Shown here: positions 27,569 to 38,031 of the stretch, piece after piece
How the letters are laid out: each line of letters opens with the position of its first letter
Position numbering within the stretch: the stretch's first letter is position 1
Virus record (IMG/VR): IMGVR_UViG_3300023296_001253
Direction: 5' to 3' (one strand)
Source of the DNA: a virus
Length of the DNA: 64,000 nucleotides
Translations under genes and position numbers: made by a program
The notes under the pieces: generated by a model
Seen by the model: the letters and a program-made list of their open reading frames with translations, nothing else
The model's database searches: none
Told to the model about the DNA's origin: nothing

Positions 27569-28363
27569 ATGAAAAAATTAAGAGACATTTTAAACGAAAG
27601 TTTTATTCCGGGCTTACCAGCAGCTTCTAAAAAGAAGCCTACGAAAGAGCATCATCCAATAGCATGGGAAGGTATGCTTGGAACTGTTCATGCTAGAAAC
27701 AATAAAGGTGAATCAAAATATTTTCATTATAATTATGAAGATGCAGTTAAACATATAAGCGTTGATGATCATCATGATTTTAGAATTCATAGAAACAAAA
27801 AAAGACCAAATGAAGGAACTGGATCTCCTAGATATAATCAACTAGTGGTGTATGCAAAAAGAAAATCTTCTATTAAAGAATCACACTCAGATTTGCCACC
27901 TATTGATGCTCCAGTAAAAAGAAATATCGTCAATAAATTCGTTCCCGAGAATCCAGATTTTTCTAATAATACTTTTTATCACGAACGAAAACATTCGCAC
28001 GATGTAATATACAAAGAAGATGAAAATGGAACGCGTCATGTATATCATACATTAAAAGATCAAAAAAGTGCTACTCAAAAATTTAAAGAACTTAAAGATA
28101 CTCATAATAGAAAAATATGGAATTCATCAAAAGATAAACACGAATATGCACTAAAAAGAAATATAAAAGAAATGAACACTGCTGGGTCTGGTGCTATTGC
28201 TGGTATTGGAATAAATCAAGATGGTTCGCAATATAATGCTGCTACTGCTCCTAATTCATATGGTGAGCCTGGAGTAAGTAAAAAGAAACAGAAAGAGATT
28301 AAAACTTCTGGCCTTTCACCAAAAATGATAAGGTTAATTCGTAGATTTCAAGGAAAAGAATAA
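27569..28363 (+). CDS. candidate internal head protein
   Basis: MKKLRDILNE; repeated IKE putative processing sites; C-terminal GAIAGIG...GEPGV. Confidence 0.5.
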   Translation: MKKLRDILNESFIPGLPAASKKKPTKEHHPIAWEGMLGTVHARNNKGESKYFHYNYEDAVKHISVDDHHDFRIHRNKKRPNEGTGSPRYNQLVVYAKRKSSIKESHSDLPPIDAPVKRNIVNKFVPENPDFSNNTFYHERKHSHDVIYKEDENGTRHVYHTLKDQKSATQKFKELKDTHNRKIWNSSKDKHEYALKRNIKEMNTAGSGAIAGIGINQDGSQYNAATAPNSYGEPGVSKKKQKEIKTSGLSPKMIRLIRRFQGKE

Positions 28364-28365
28364 GC

Positions 28366-28677
28366 ATGGATATTCAACCAAAAATAGATTTTGCGCATGA
28401 TAATAAATCTTTATGGTATGCTTTAATGTCATTTAGTGCTGTATATACTACATTTTTGATTTTGGGTGGAATATGGCTATCAAATCAGTGGGAATTAAAT
28501 ATATCTAGTCAAAAACAATTAATAGATTTATCTAGACATGTTGATGAGAGTTATGTTGATAAAGATTTATTGGCTTCTATTGTTGTTGAACAAAACAGAA
28601 GATTATCTGAATTTAATAATAAACTTGATAATATCAATAAAAAAACAGAAACTATACACGCTCTATTAAATAAATAA
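28366..28677 (+). CDS. membrane-anchored coiled-coil protein
   Basis: single TM segment plus heptad repeats. Confidence 0.5.
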   Translation: MDIQPKIDFAHDNKSLWYALMSFSAVYTTFLILGGIWLSNQWELNISSQKQLIDLSRHVDESYVDKDLLASIVVEQNRRLSEFNNKLDNINKKTETIHALLNK

Positions 28678-28720
28678 TTTTATATATTTACATTATGCTG
28701 ATATTATATTATAATACAGT

Positions 28721-29776
28721 ATGATAAATACTTGGCTTGATGATAAATATATCAATCTTTTGTCTTTTAAACTAGATAGATTTAAAAGAATAGATTCACA
28801 AAAATATAATTTTAGATGTCCGTTTTGCGGTGATTCAAAAAAGAATCGTTTCAAGGCTAGAGGAAATGTGTTTCCATCAGATAGTGGTGGGTTGTTTTAT
28901 AAATGTTTTAATTGCGGAATACCGTTGTCATTTAGTGAATTTCTTAAAAGATTTGATGATGAGTTATATAAAGAATATAGACTAGAATCTATGAAAGATA
29001 GTAATAATCATTTTACTAAAAATGATTTTAATAAAGTTCATAAAAATAGTATTGTTTTTCAGGAATTAAAAGATTTAAGAAGAATATCTCAACTTACATC
29101 AGACAATCCCGTTAAAAAATATGTTACTGATAGAAAAATACCTTCTAAATATCATTACAAATTATATTATGCTAAAAGATTTATGGAGTGGATTAATACA
29201 CTACTTCCAAATAAGTTTAATGAAAATCAATTAAGAAGAGATGAACCTAGATTAGTTATTCCATTTTTTGATTATGATGGTAATATATTTGCTGTTACTG
29301 GTAGATCTTTTAAAGAAAATTCTATCAAATATATGACTATTAAGTTCAATGATAAAGAATCTAAAATATTTGGCTTAGATGAATTAGATAGATCAAAAAA
29401 GGTTTATGTCGTAGAAGGTCCAATTGATTCTTATTTTATAGATAATAGTTTAGCATTTGCCGGTATTGATGGAAATATTAAAAAAACATTAAAATCAATA
29501 GATTATGTTATAATATTAGATAATCAGCCAAGAAATGATTCAGTTGTCAAGAAGTTAGAGAAACTTATTAATGATAAAGAAAAAGTTTTTATATGGCCAA
29601 AAGGATTAGAAGAATATAAAGATATAAACGACTTAGTGATGGTCGGATATTCAAAAGAAGACATAAAAAAGTTAATAGATAAGAACACATATTATGATTT
29701 GGTTGCGAGATTGAAATTAAACGAATGGAAGAAAATAGGAAGTATACATGAACAGCAGCAATATAATAGTAATTAA
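28721..29776 (+). CDS. 61: DNA primase
   Basis: FRCPFCGDS...CFNC zinc finger; VEGPID, LDN.PRN and KDIND Toprim motifs; TTTACA-17-TATAAT promoter 5 nt upstream. Confidence 0.95.
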   Translation: MINTWLDDKYINLLSFKLDRFKRIDSQKYNFRCPFCGDSKKNRFKARGNVFPSDSGGLFYKCFNCGIPLSFSEFLKRFDDELYKEYRLESMKDSNNHFTKNDFNKVHKNSIVFQELKDLRRISQLTSDNPVKKYVTDRKIPSKYHYKLYYAKRFMEWINTLLPNKFNENQLRRDEPRLVIPFFDYDGNIFAVTGRSFKENSIKYMTIKFNDKESKIFGLDELDRSKKVYVVEGPIDSYFIDNSLAFAGIDGNIKKTLKSIDYVIILDNQPRNDSVVKKLEKLINDKEKVFIWPKGLEEYKDINDLVMVGYSKEDIKKLIDKNTYYDLVARLKLNEWKKIGSIHEQQQYNSN

Positions 29777-32060
29777 AAGAGACGGAAGAAAAGAACAATT
29801 AGATTTAAATAAATTTCATGCTGTTGTTGGATGGGCTTGTGAAGGGCTTACTGGGGTTTCCCCATCTTCGTTAGAAATAAAATCTCATATTCAATTTTAT
29901 AATAATATAAAAACAAGTGAAATACAAGAAACTCTTATTCATTCTGCATCAGAACTAATTTCTGAAGATCATCCAAATTATCAGTATGTAGCTGGCAGAC
30001 TGATTAATTATGATATACGAAAACAAGTGTTTGGCGGTCATGATCCGATTCCTTTAAAAGATCATGTAAATAGAATAATTGATCTTGGTTTTTATGACAA
30101 AGATCTTATTAATCTTTTTAATAATGAAGAATGGAAGCATCTAGATCATATTGTTAAGCACGATAGAGATGATCAACTTACATATGCTGCAATGGAGCAA
30201 TATAGAGGTAAATATCTTGTTAAAAATAGAAACACCGGGGAGATATATGAAACTCCTCAAATTGCTTGTATATTAATAGCTGCAGTTTTATTTTCATCAT
30301 ATCCAAAAGAAGAAAGAATGAAATGGATTAAAGATTATTATGATGCTATTTCGCTTCATTATATTTCTTTACCTACACCAGTTATGGCTGGAATAAGAAC
30401 TACTCAAAGACAATTTTCTTCATGCGTTCTTATTGATTCTGCGGATTCATTAAATTCTATTAATGCAACATCATCATCAATTGTTAAATATGTTTCTCAA
30501 AGAGCTGGCATTGGTGTTAACATTGGTAGAATTAGAGGAATTGGAGCTGAAGTTAGAGGTGGGCAGGTTACTCACACTGGATTAATACCATTCATTAAGT
30601 ATTTTCAAGCTGCAGTGAAATCTTGTTCTCAGGGTGGGGTTCGAGGTGGCGCAGCTACTTTCTATTTTCCAATATGGCATTATGAAGCAGAAGAAATGCT
30701 TGTTCTAAAAAACAATCGAGGAACTGAAGATAATCGTGCGCGACATGTTGATTATGGAGTTCAATTTAATAAGCTTATGTATGAAAGACTTATTTCAAAT
30801 GAAGACATCACTTTGTTTTCTCCTGATGATGTTCCAGATTTATATGAAGCTTTTTTCACAAATCAAGATGAGTTTAAAAAATTATATGAAAAGTACGAAA
30901 GAGCATATTCAATTCGCAAAAAAACAGTCAGAGCAGCTGATTTATTTACATCCTTTATGCAGGAACGGAAAGACACAGGCAGGATATATCTCCAAAATGT
31001 GGATCATGCGAATGATCATGGATCCTTTATTAGTGATATCGCACCAATTTACCAGTCAAATCTCTGTTCAGAAATAGACCTACCCACAAAGCCTCTTAAT
31101 AATATATTTGATGAAGAAGGAGAAATAGCTTTATGCACTCTTTCTGCTATTAATTGGGGTCTTATTAAAGATCCTGCTGATTTTGAAAAATGGTGTACTT
31201 TATCAGTAAGAGCTCTCGATCAGCTTTTGACTTATCAGGATTATCCTGTTATTGCTGCTCAAAGAGCTACTGAAAATCGTAGACCTCTTGGTGTTGGAAT
31301 TATCAATTTTGCATATTGGCTAGCAAAAAATGATTTAAACTATCAAGATATAGATACCAATGGTTTAAATCTTATTGATGAATATGCTGAAGCCTGGTCA
31401 TATTATCTTATTAAAGCATCAGCAGATTTAGCAGAAGAAAAAGGTGAATGCCCATATAATTACCAGACAAAATATTCATTAGGAATAACACCAAATCAAA
31501 CATATAAAAAGGATTTGGACGAGTTAGTAAAACATCAAGAAAGAATGCCATGGAAAGAACTTCGTGAGCAACTTAAGAAAACTGGGATACGTAACTCTAC
31601 ATTAATGGCTCTTATGCCATCAGAGACCTCGTCTCAGATATCGAATTCAACAAATGGTATTGAACCACCTCGTTCATTAGTTTCTGTCAAGCAGTCTAAA
31701 GATGGTGTGTTAAAACAAGTTGTACCAGAAATTAGAAGACTTAAAAACAAATATGATCTTCTATGGAATCAAAAAAGTCCTCTTGGTTATCTTAAAATTG
31801 TTTCTGTTTTACAAAAATATGTCGATCAAGGCATATCAGTCAATACATCTTATAACCCACTTCATTATGAGGGCGAAAAGATTTCTATGTCAGAAATGTT
31901 ACAGCATTTGATATTATTCTATAAGTGGGGTGGAAAACAGTTGTATTATTATAATACTTATGATGGAGCAGGCGAACTTGCTTTTGATGATAAACAAACA
32001 GAAATTATACAAGAACAAAACGAAATTATAGATGATTATTGTGACAGTTGTGTCATTTAA
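29748..32060 (+). CDS. nrdA: class Ia ribonucleotide reductase alpha subunit
   Basis: ATP cone, QFSSC, SNLCSEI, MPSETSSQISNSTNGIEP, LYY, C-terminal CDSC. Confidence 0.98.
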   Translation: MNSSNIIVIKRDGRKEQLDLNKFHAVVGWACEGLTGVSPSSLEIKSHIQFYNNIKTSEIQETLIHSASELISEDHPNYQYVAGRLINYDIRKQVFGGHDPIPLKDHVNRIIDLGFYDKDLINLFNNEEWKHLDHIVKHDRDDQLTYAAMEQYRGKYLVKNRNTGEIYETPQIACILIAAVLFSSYPKEERMKWIKDYYDAISLHYISLPTPVMAGIRTTQRQFSSCVLIDSADSLNSINATSSSIVKYVSQRAGIGVNIGRIRGIGAEVRGGQVTHTGLIPFIKYFQAAVKSCSQGGVRGGAATFYFPIWHYEAEEMLVLKNNRGTEDNRARHVDYGVQFNKLMYERLISNEDITLFSPDDVPDLYEAFFTNQDEFKKLYEKYERAYSIRKKTVRAADLFTSFMQERKDTGRIYLQNVDHANDHGSFISDIAPIYQSNLCSEIDLPTKPLNNIFDEEGEIALCTLSAINWGLIKDPADFEKWCTLSVRALDQLLTYQDYPVIAAQRATENRRPLGVGIINFAYWLAKNDLNYQDIDTNGLNLIDEYAEAWSYYLIKASADLAEEKGECPYNYQTKYSLGITPNQTYKKDLDELVKHQERMPWKELREQLKKTGIRNSTLMALMPSETSSQISNSTNGIEPPRSLVSVKQSKDGVLKQVVPEIRRLKNKYDLLWNQKSPLGYLKIVSVLQKYVDQGISVNTSYNPLHYEGEKISMSEMLQHLILFYKWGGKQLYYYNTYDGAGELAFDDKQTEIIQEQNEIIDDYCDSCVI

Positions 32061-32104
32061 AGTTGCTTATTATTGATTATGATGACACAGTTGTCACTTT
32101 ATAA

Positions 32105-32133
32105 TTGACATTAGACAGGGTGTATTATATAAT
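32105..32133 (+). promoter_or_regulatory. consensus sigma70 promoter
   Basis: TTGACA-17-TATAAT upstream of NADAR. Confidence 0.75.
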
Positions 32134-32162
32134 GAATAATAAAATTAAAAGGATTATTTAAT

Positions 32163-32624
32163 ATGAAAATATCAGCAAGTCGTAATGACACCGATGCAAT
32201 ACTAGGTTTTAGTGGTGATTATCGTTGGTTATCAAATTTTTATCCGGTTGATATAGAATTTGAAAGCGAACATTATCCAAGCGTTGAACATGCATATCAG
32301 GCCGCAAAAACGCTTGATTTAAAGCAAAGAAAGCAATTTCAAGATCCTACAGTGCTTGCTGCAGAAGCAAAAAAAGCTGGATCAAAAGTTGAATTGCGTG
32401 TAGATTGGACTGAAGAAAATAGGCTTTCTGTTATGAAAGTTTGTTTAAAATCAAAATTTTCACATCCATCATTAGCAAAAAAACTATTAGATACTGGTGA
32501 AGCATATATAGAAGAAACCAATTATTGGGGTGATAAATTCTGGGGAGTTGGTAATAGAGATGGGCAAGGATCAAATTGGCTTGGCCATTTAATTATGAAT
32601 ATTAGAGACGGATTGGACAAGTAG
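32163..32624 (+). CDS. NADAR family protein (YbiA / T4 gp30.3-like)
   Basis: LSNFY...SVEHAYQAAK...KF...LLDTG...E...WGD.FWG...G.NWLG..IM..R. Confidence 0.9.
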   Translation: MKISASRNDTDAILGFSGDYRWLSNFYPVDIEFESEHYPSVEHAYQAAKTLDLKQRKQFQDPTVLAAEAKKAGSKVELRVDWTEENRLSVMKVCLKSKFSHPSLAKKLLDTGEAYIEETNYWGDKFWGVGNRDGQGSNWLGHLIMNIRDGLDK

Positions 32625-33719
32625 TTGTCAGTATTTGAAGTTAATACACAGAACCATCTTGAAAAAAGAATGTTCTTTGATGAACCAGTTGATGTTGCAA
32701 GATACGATCAGCAAAAATATCCTTTCATAGAAAAATTAATCGATAAACAGCTTGGTTTCTTTTGGAGACCAGAAGAAGTTGATGTTTATCGTGATGCAAA
32801 AGATTTTAAAGATTTGACTGATTGGGAACGTCATATTTTTACATCAAATCTAAAGAGACAAATTCTTCTTGATTCGGTTCAGGGAAGATCTCCTAATATT
32901 GCTTTTCTTCCAATTGTTTCTTTACCGGAACTTGAGACCTGGATTGAAACTTGGTCCTTTTCAGAAACAGTTCATTCAAGATCTTACACTCATATCATTA
33001 GAGCAGTATATTCAAATCCATCTAAAATTTTTGATGAGATGCTTGATATTCCTGAGATTATTGAATGCGCTACAGATATTTCTAAGCACTATGATGAATT
33101 AATTAATTTAAATACTCTTTTATCATATGAGGGTTCTGATTTTGTAAATCAAATGGCTCATAAAAAAGCTGTATGGCGAGCTATGATGTCAGTTAATATT
33201 CTTGAAGGTGTTAGATTTTATGTTTCTTTCGCATGTTCGTGGGCTTTTGCTGAACAAAAGAAGAAAATGGAAGGAAATGCTAAGATTATTAAGTTGATTT
33301 GTAGAGATGAAAATCTCCACCTTGCTGGGACTCAGTTCATTCTTAAAAATCTACCAAAAGACGATAAAGATTTTGTTAAAATTCAAGAAGAAACTCGTGA
33401 AGAATGTATTACAATGTTTTTAGATGCATATCAGCAAGAAAAAGACTGGGCTACATTTCTATTTAAAGATGGATCTATGGTTGGCTTGAATGAGCAGATG
33501 CTTCATGACTATGTTGAATGGATTACTCATAAAAGAATGTTGGCTGTTGGTTTACCATCTCCATTTAAAGGCGGATCAAATCCACTTCCATGGACTGAAA
33601 AATGGATTTCTGGAGCAGATGTGCAAGTTGCTCCACAACAAACGCAAATTAGTTCTTATGTAATTGGTGGCGTTAAAAACGATATAAGTGATGATACTTT
33701 CAAAGGATTTAATTTATAG
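32625..33719 (+). CDS. nrdB: class Ia ribonucleotide reductase beta subunit
   Basis: FFWRPEE, LDSVQGR, ETVHSRSY, LEGVRFYVSFA, RDENLH, QVAPQ...SSY. Confidence 0.98.
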   Translation: MSVFEVNTQNHLEKRMFFDEPVDVARYDQQKYPFIEKLIDKQLGFFWRPEEVDVYRDAKDFKDLTDWERHIFTSNLKRQILLDSVQGRSPNIAFLPIVSLPELETWIETWSFSETVHSRSYTHIIRAVYSNPSKIFDEMLDIPEIIECATDISKHYDELINLNTLLSYEGSDFVNQMAHKKAVWRAMMSVNILEGVRFYVSFACSWAFAEQKKKMEGNAKIIKLICRDENLHLAGTQFILKNLPKDDKDFVKIQEETREECITMFLDAYQQEKDWATFLFKDGSMVGLNEQMLHDYVEWITHKRMLAVGLPSPFKGGSNPLPWTEKWISGADVQVAPQQTQISSYVIGGVKNDISDDTFKGFNL

Positions 33720-34892
33720 TGCTTATAGTTCCAACTTTAGAAGAATGTAAAAAATTTGCATTAAAAATTGGAGCTATTAAAATATTTGAAATTAAAATAT
33801 CTCCTACAGATTGGGCATTGCCATTTGAATGTCATAATAATTGTGATTTAAATCCTGTTCTTGGATATTATTTTGTAAAAGATTCTCATGGAATACTTCA
33901 CGCATATAAGCATTCTATTTTAAATGATGGTGAATATATTGATATTACACCAACGTTAGATAATAGAAAATATAATATATTTGCTTTTCCAAGTCATTAT
34001 AATGCTGAAATTTTAACATATATAGATGGTTCAGTTCTTATAAATACAAATAAAAAAGGAATTGAATTAATGTATTATATATATGCTTTAATAGATCCAA
34101 GGAATAATAAGCCTTTTTATATAGGAAAAGGAAAAGATGATAGGTGTTTATCGCATTTTAAAGAAAATAATTTAAATAAAGAAAATAATTCTAAAAAAAG
34201 AGCAAAAATTAAAAAATTAAAAAAACTTGGTTTTGAACCAATGATAGAATTTTATGCTCAAAATATAAAAGATGAAGAATTAGCATATAATATTGAAACT
34301 TTTTTTATCAAAAAATATGGAAGAATTGGTTATGAAGAAGATGGAATATTAACAAACATTTGTATAAATAATAATCCACCAAATCATAATGGAAAAACAT
34401 ATAATGAAATATATGGAAAAAAACAAGCACTATTAATTATAGAAAAAAAGAGAAATCTTCAATTAAAAGCAAGTGGTTATGGACCATTAAAACATACAGA
34501 AGAAACAAAAAGAAAAATAAGTGAAAAAACAAAAGGCGAAAAAAATCCAAGATATGGTATTAAAATAAAAGGCACTGAAATTGCTAATAAAATTAGTTTA
34601 GCAAACACTGGAAAAAAACATTATTCTAGAGCTAAATTATTAGTAATAGAAAATATAAATAAAAAAATTAAAGATTTTGTTTTTTCAAATGATCTTAAAG
34701 AATATTGTATAAAAAATAATTTATCAAAAGGTACTTTTAATTCTCAACTTGGATATAATTGGCCAATATCTAAAAAAGGAAAAAACAAAGGGTATAAAAT
34801 AAGATTGGCAATAGAAACAGAAATTAGTTCTTATGTAATTGGTGGTGTTAAAAATGATATAAGTGATGATACATTTAAAGGATTTAATTTAT
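33646..34892 (+). repeat. 72-bp direct repeat of the nrdB 3' end (33646-33717 and 34821-34892)
   Basis: 68/72 identical; all 4 differences are synonymous. Confidence 0.95.
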
Positions 34893-34894
34893 GA
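33719..34894 (+). mobile_element. free-standing GIY-YIG homing endonuclease with NUMOD3, an extra N-terminal domain and an NrdB-tail fusion
   Basis: YYIYALIDPR...FYIGKG...R...H; HTEETKRKISE...GEKNP.YG; internal TATAAATA (34039-34046) plus RBS before Met at 34070. Confidence 0.8.
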
Positions 34895-35590
34895 ATATAA
34901 TTCAAGAGATTAATGATAAGATTTCAGAACTTGAAAGACAGAAAGAAGAAATACAAGAATTGTGTTCTCATCCAGTTAATGATAGTACATGGAATAAATC
35001 AGAAGATGAATATGGTAGAGAAGATGGCCCTGGCTATTATTCTCATATTTGTAGATTGTGCACAGCCCGCTAGACATCGGAAAAGCCAGTCAGAACCTTA
35101 AAGAAATAATATGAGTAGAATTTATGATTAAGAAAATATTTTCCAATAGAAAAAATGCAGTATTTGTATTATGTGCTATTTTATGCTTTATTTCGGCCCT
35201 ACTTGCTTTTTTAGAATTTTTTGTAGCTGGAAGTATTATAATAGCTATAGCTGGTTTTGTTGGTATTATGAATGAATGTATAGATCAAAACAATGAGTAG
35301 AATTAGTGCACAAATAACAAATCCATTTATTGAAGAACATAATTGTAGCAATTCATATTCTATAGATAGAAAAATATCTAAAAATAAATCTATAATGGCT
35401 CAAATTATTTTGTTTGATTTTAAAACTTTATTTACATTTGAGATATGGCATAGAGATAGATTTATGGATCATAAGGGGTTGATGTTTGAAATAGGATTGG
35501 TTGGCTTTTCTATAATATTAGAATTTTATGATGCCAGACACATAGATCATTATTAATGTTATATAAATATTCCTAACAAAGGAGTATTTT

Positions 35591-35995
35591 ATGACAACAG
35601 TGCCGTGGATCTATAAGAAAAAAGTTTTATCAGAAATTCCAGAAGGATACTATGGTTTTGTATACATTATTACTAATAACACTAATAATCGTTTGTATAT
35701 TGGGCGTAAGTTTTTTTATAGTTCTAAAACAAGGCAAATAAAAGGCAAGAAAAAAAGATATAAAGTAGAATCAGACTGGAAAGATTATTATGGATCAAAT
35801 AAATCTTTACAAGAAGATGTTCAAAAATTAGGTTATGGAGCATTCCACAGAGAGATTTTACACTTATGTAAAACAAAAGGAACTTGCAATTATTATGAAG
35901 CCCATGAAATATTTAATCGCCACGCTATAATAAAAGAAAATTTCTATAATGAATGGATACATGTTAAGGTGAGTAAGAATCATGTCAAAGAATGA
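35591..35995 (+). CDS. GIY-YIG nuclease, DenA/endonuclease II-like position
   Basis: GFVYIITN...YIGRKFF...ESDWKDYYGS...FYN; follows nrdB as denA does in T4. Confidence 0.7.
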   Translation: MTTVPWIYKKKVLSEIPEGYYGFVYIITNNTNNRLYIGRKFFYSSKTRQIKGKKKRYKVESDWKDYYGSNKSLQEDVQKLGYGAFHREILHLCKTKGTCNYYEAHEIFNRHAIIKENFYNEWIHVKVSKNHVKE

Positions 35996-36224
35996 ACAAG
36001 TTTGGCTGATCGAATGTTGTATAACTACAAAGTTGGGTGTGTGGGAATGCACTGCTGATGGTCGTAGCTGGATTTGTCATGTATGTTCTTCACAAAAAGC
36101 CGCTGAGCAATATGTTGAAGAACATAAAAATGATCAATGTTTTGCTGATGATCCGGAACCAACCGGGTTGAAATGGAATAAAAATCACTATAATATTACA
36201 GGACCATATAATGTTAAAGAATGA
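35982..36224 (+). CDS. hypothetical protein
   Basis: ORF track; bounded by 18-bp repeats. Confidence 0.5.
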   Translation: MSKNEQVWLIECCITTKLGVWECTADGRSWICHVCSSQKAAEQYVEEHKNDQCFADDPEPTGLKWNKNHYNITGPYNVKE

Positions 36225-36495
36225 ACAAAAATATTATTATATTAGAATTGATGATATATTAGATCAAATTGATATTATTAATAGAGACGATTCTGGTTAT
36301 TGGGGTTCACTTAATAAACAGGGAGCCAAAGATTATTTTGATACTTCAGGATTGATAGAAATTGAATACAATCAGTTTGTTACAGAAACACATAATTTTT
36401 ATTCTTATAAAATGAGTTCGATATCTGATAAAGGATGGATTCGTTTACAAAATTGGTGTAGAGAGAATAAATATCTATTAAATAACTTTTTATAA
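36211..36495 (+). CDS. hypothetical protein
   Basis: ORF track. Confidence 0.5.
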   Translation: MLKNEQKYYYIRIDDILDQIDIINRDDSGYWGSLNKQGAKDYFDTSGLIEIEYNQFVTETHNFYSYKMSSISDKGWIRLQNWCRENKYLLNNFL

Positions 36496-37179
36496 AGAAA
36501 CAATTTTGGATAATAATAAAAAGAAGTCTAATAAAATTGTAATACATGAGGATAATAATATTCCAGTGCTTCGTGGTGAATGCCCAAAGTGCCATTGTGG
36601 AGATAAATCATTAATCATAATAAATTTTGTTAAAAATCCAACAAATGAAAGACTTAATATGATTAAAATGAAATGCGTATGTTGTTTGAAAGAATATTAT
36701 AAGTATGCTACAGAAATATCAAAAAACGAAATTAAAAAACCTTAAAGAAAAAGCATATCAAGAAATTAACTCCTGTTGTGCTACATTTTGTTATAAAAAA
36801 GATATAATTTCATACATTAAAGCTTTAGAAAATGAAGTAGAAAGATTACATTATGAACAAGAACGTTAGATATAGCTTTTCAATATTAGTAGATGCTCTT
36901 AATCTCAAAGGTGAGTATGAAGCAATATTAGAAGATAGTAAAATTTCAGTCCCAAAAAACAAAAAACACTTAAATACAACTACTGCAGAGTGGTGTGTGA
37001 ACAATATACATGTTCTTAATAGAAAAACAAAAGCTTTAAATAAAATAGTTGATATATGCAACAAGTATTTAGTTTTAGCAGAAAACAATAATAATATAGT
37101 TTTTGTCGTAGAGTAATATTTGTATTGACATTTAGATTATAATTATATATAATAGAAAATAATAATGGCGTTTGGACTG

Positions 37180-37419
37180 ATGAAAATTGTAGTTTTTACT
37201 AAACCTGGTTGTTCATTTTGTGTAAAAGCAAAAGATCTTCTTGATAGTGAGGGACTTATATACTCTGAGATTGTGGTAGGAGAAGATGGAAATATAAGTA
37301 AAGATAGTTTTCTTTCTTTGTTTCCAGAAACAAAAACTCTTCCACTTATTAAAATTAATGATGATGTAGTTGGCGGATATAAAAATTTAGTCGATTGGAT
37401 TAATAAATTTACTAAATGA
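37180..37419 (+). CDS. nrdC: glutaredoxin (NrdC-like)
   Basis: TKPGCSFCVKAK...KTLP.I...VGGY. Confidence 0.9.
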   Translation: MKIVVFTKPGCSFCVKAKDLLDSEGLIYSEIVVGEDGNISKDSFLSLFPETKTLPLIKINDDVVGGYKNLVDWINKFTK

Positions 37420-38031
37420 TGGAATGAATTATGAAGTACATAAGCAGAATTATAGAAAATATTCAAGCCTTAGAATTAAGATTACAGATATCAGAATCTG
37501 ATTTATATATGGCACATTCAAATAATATAGATGTGATTGATGAAATGTTTAATGGTCCAGAAAATTGTAATTTAATTTGTAATGAACTGGAAAATATATC
37601 AAAATCACAATCAGGAGATTTTTTCCTGGCATTAAATAAAAATAGAACATATATTTAATAACATGAAAATAAGTATAGATATTCATAATTATAGTACACG
37701 CAAATATTCTGATCTGTTAAGATTAATTGAAGAAAAAGAAATACCTTATTTAGATTTTGATGATGCTGTTTTTGGAGAAGTTGGATTTATGATGCTTAGT
37801 TAGATTTATAATATAAAAAACAAATATAATGATTAGACACAATAAAATTGTTTCAAGTTCTATTGAGTTAGAACTTAATATGTATATTAGAATATGTAAT
37901 TATAGAATAGATAATAATAGAGATGATTTAATGGGTGATGTGTTTGGTATAGCTGGCGCAGAATCATTGTATAGTTTATCACTATTAAATCAAGATAAAA
38001 CAAGAATAATATATGAGTATATAAAAGGATT

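Noticed and set aside
33646-34894. Group I intron or intein in nrdB
   Set aside because: nrdB is complete with its own stop before the insert, and no intron core or intein motifs are visible.
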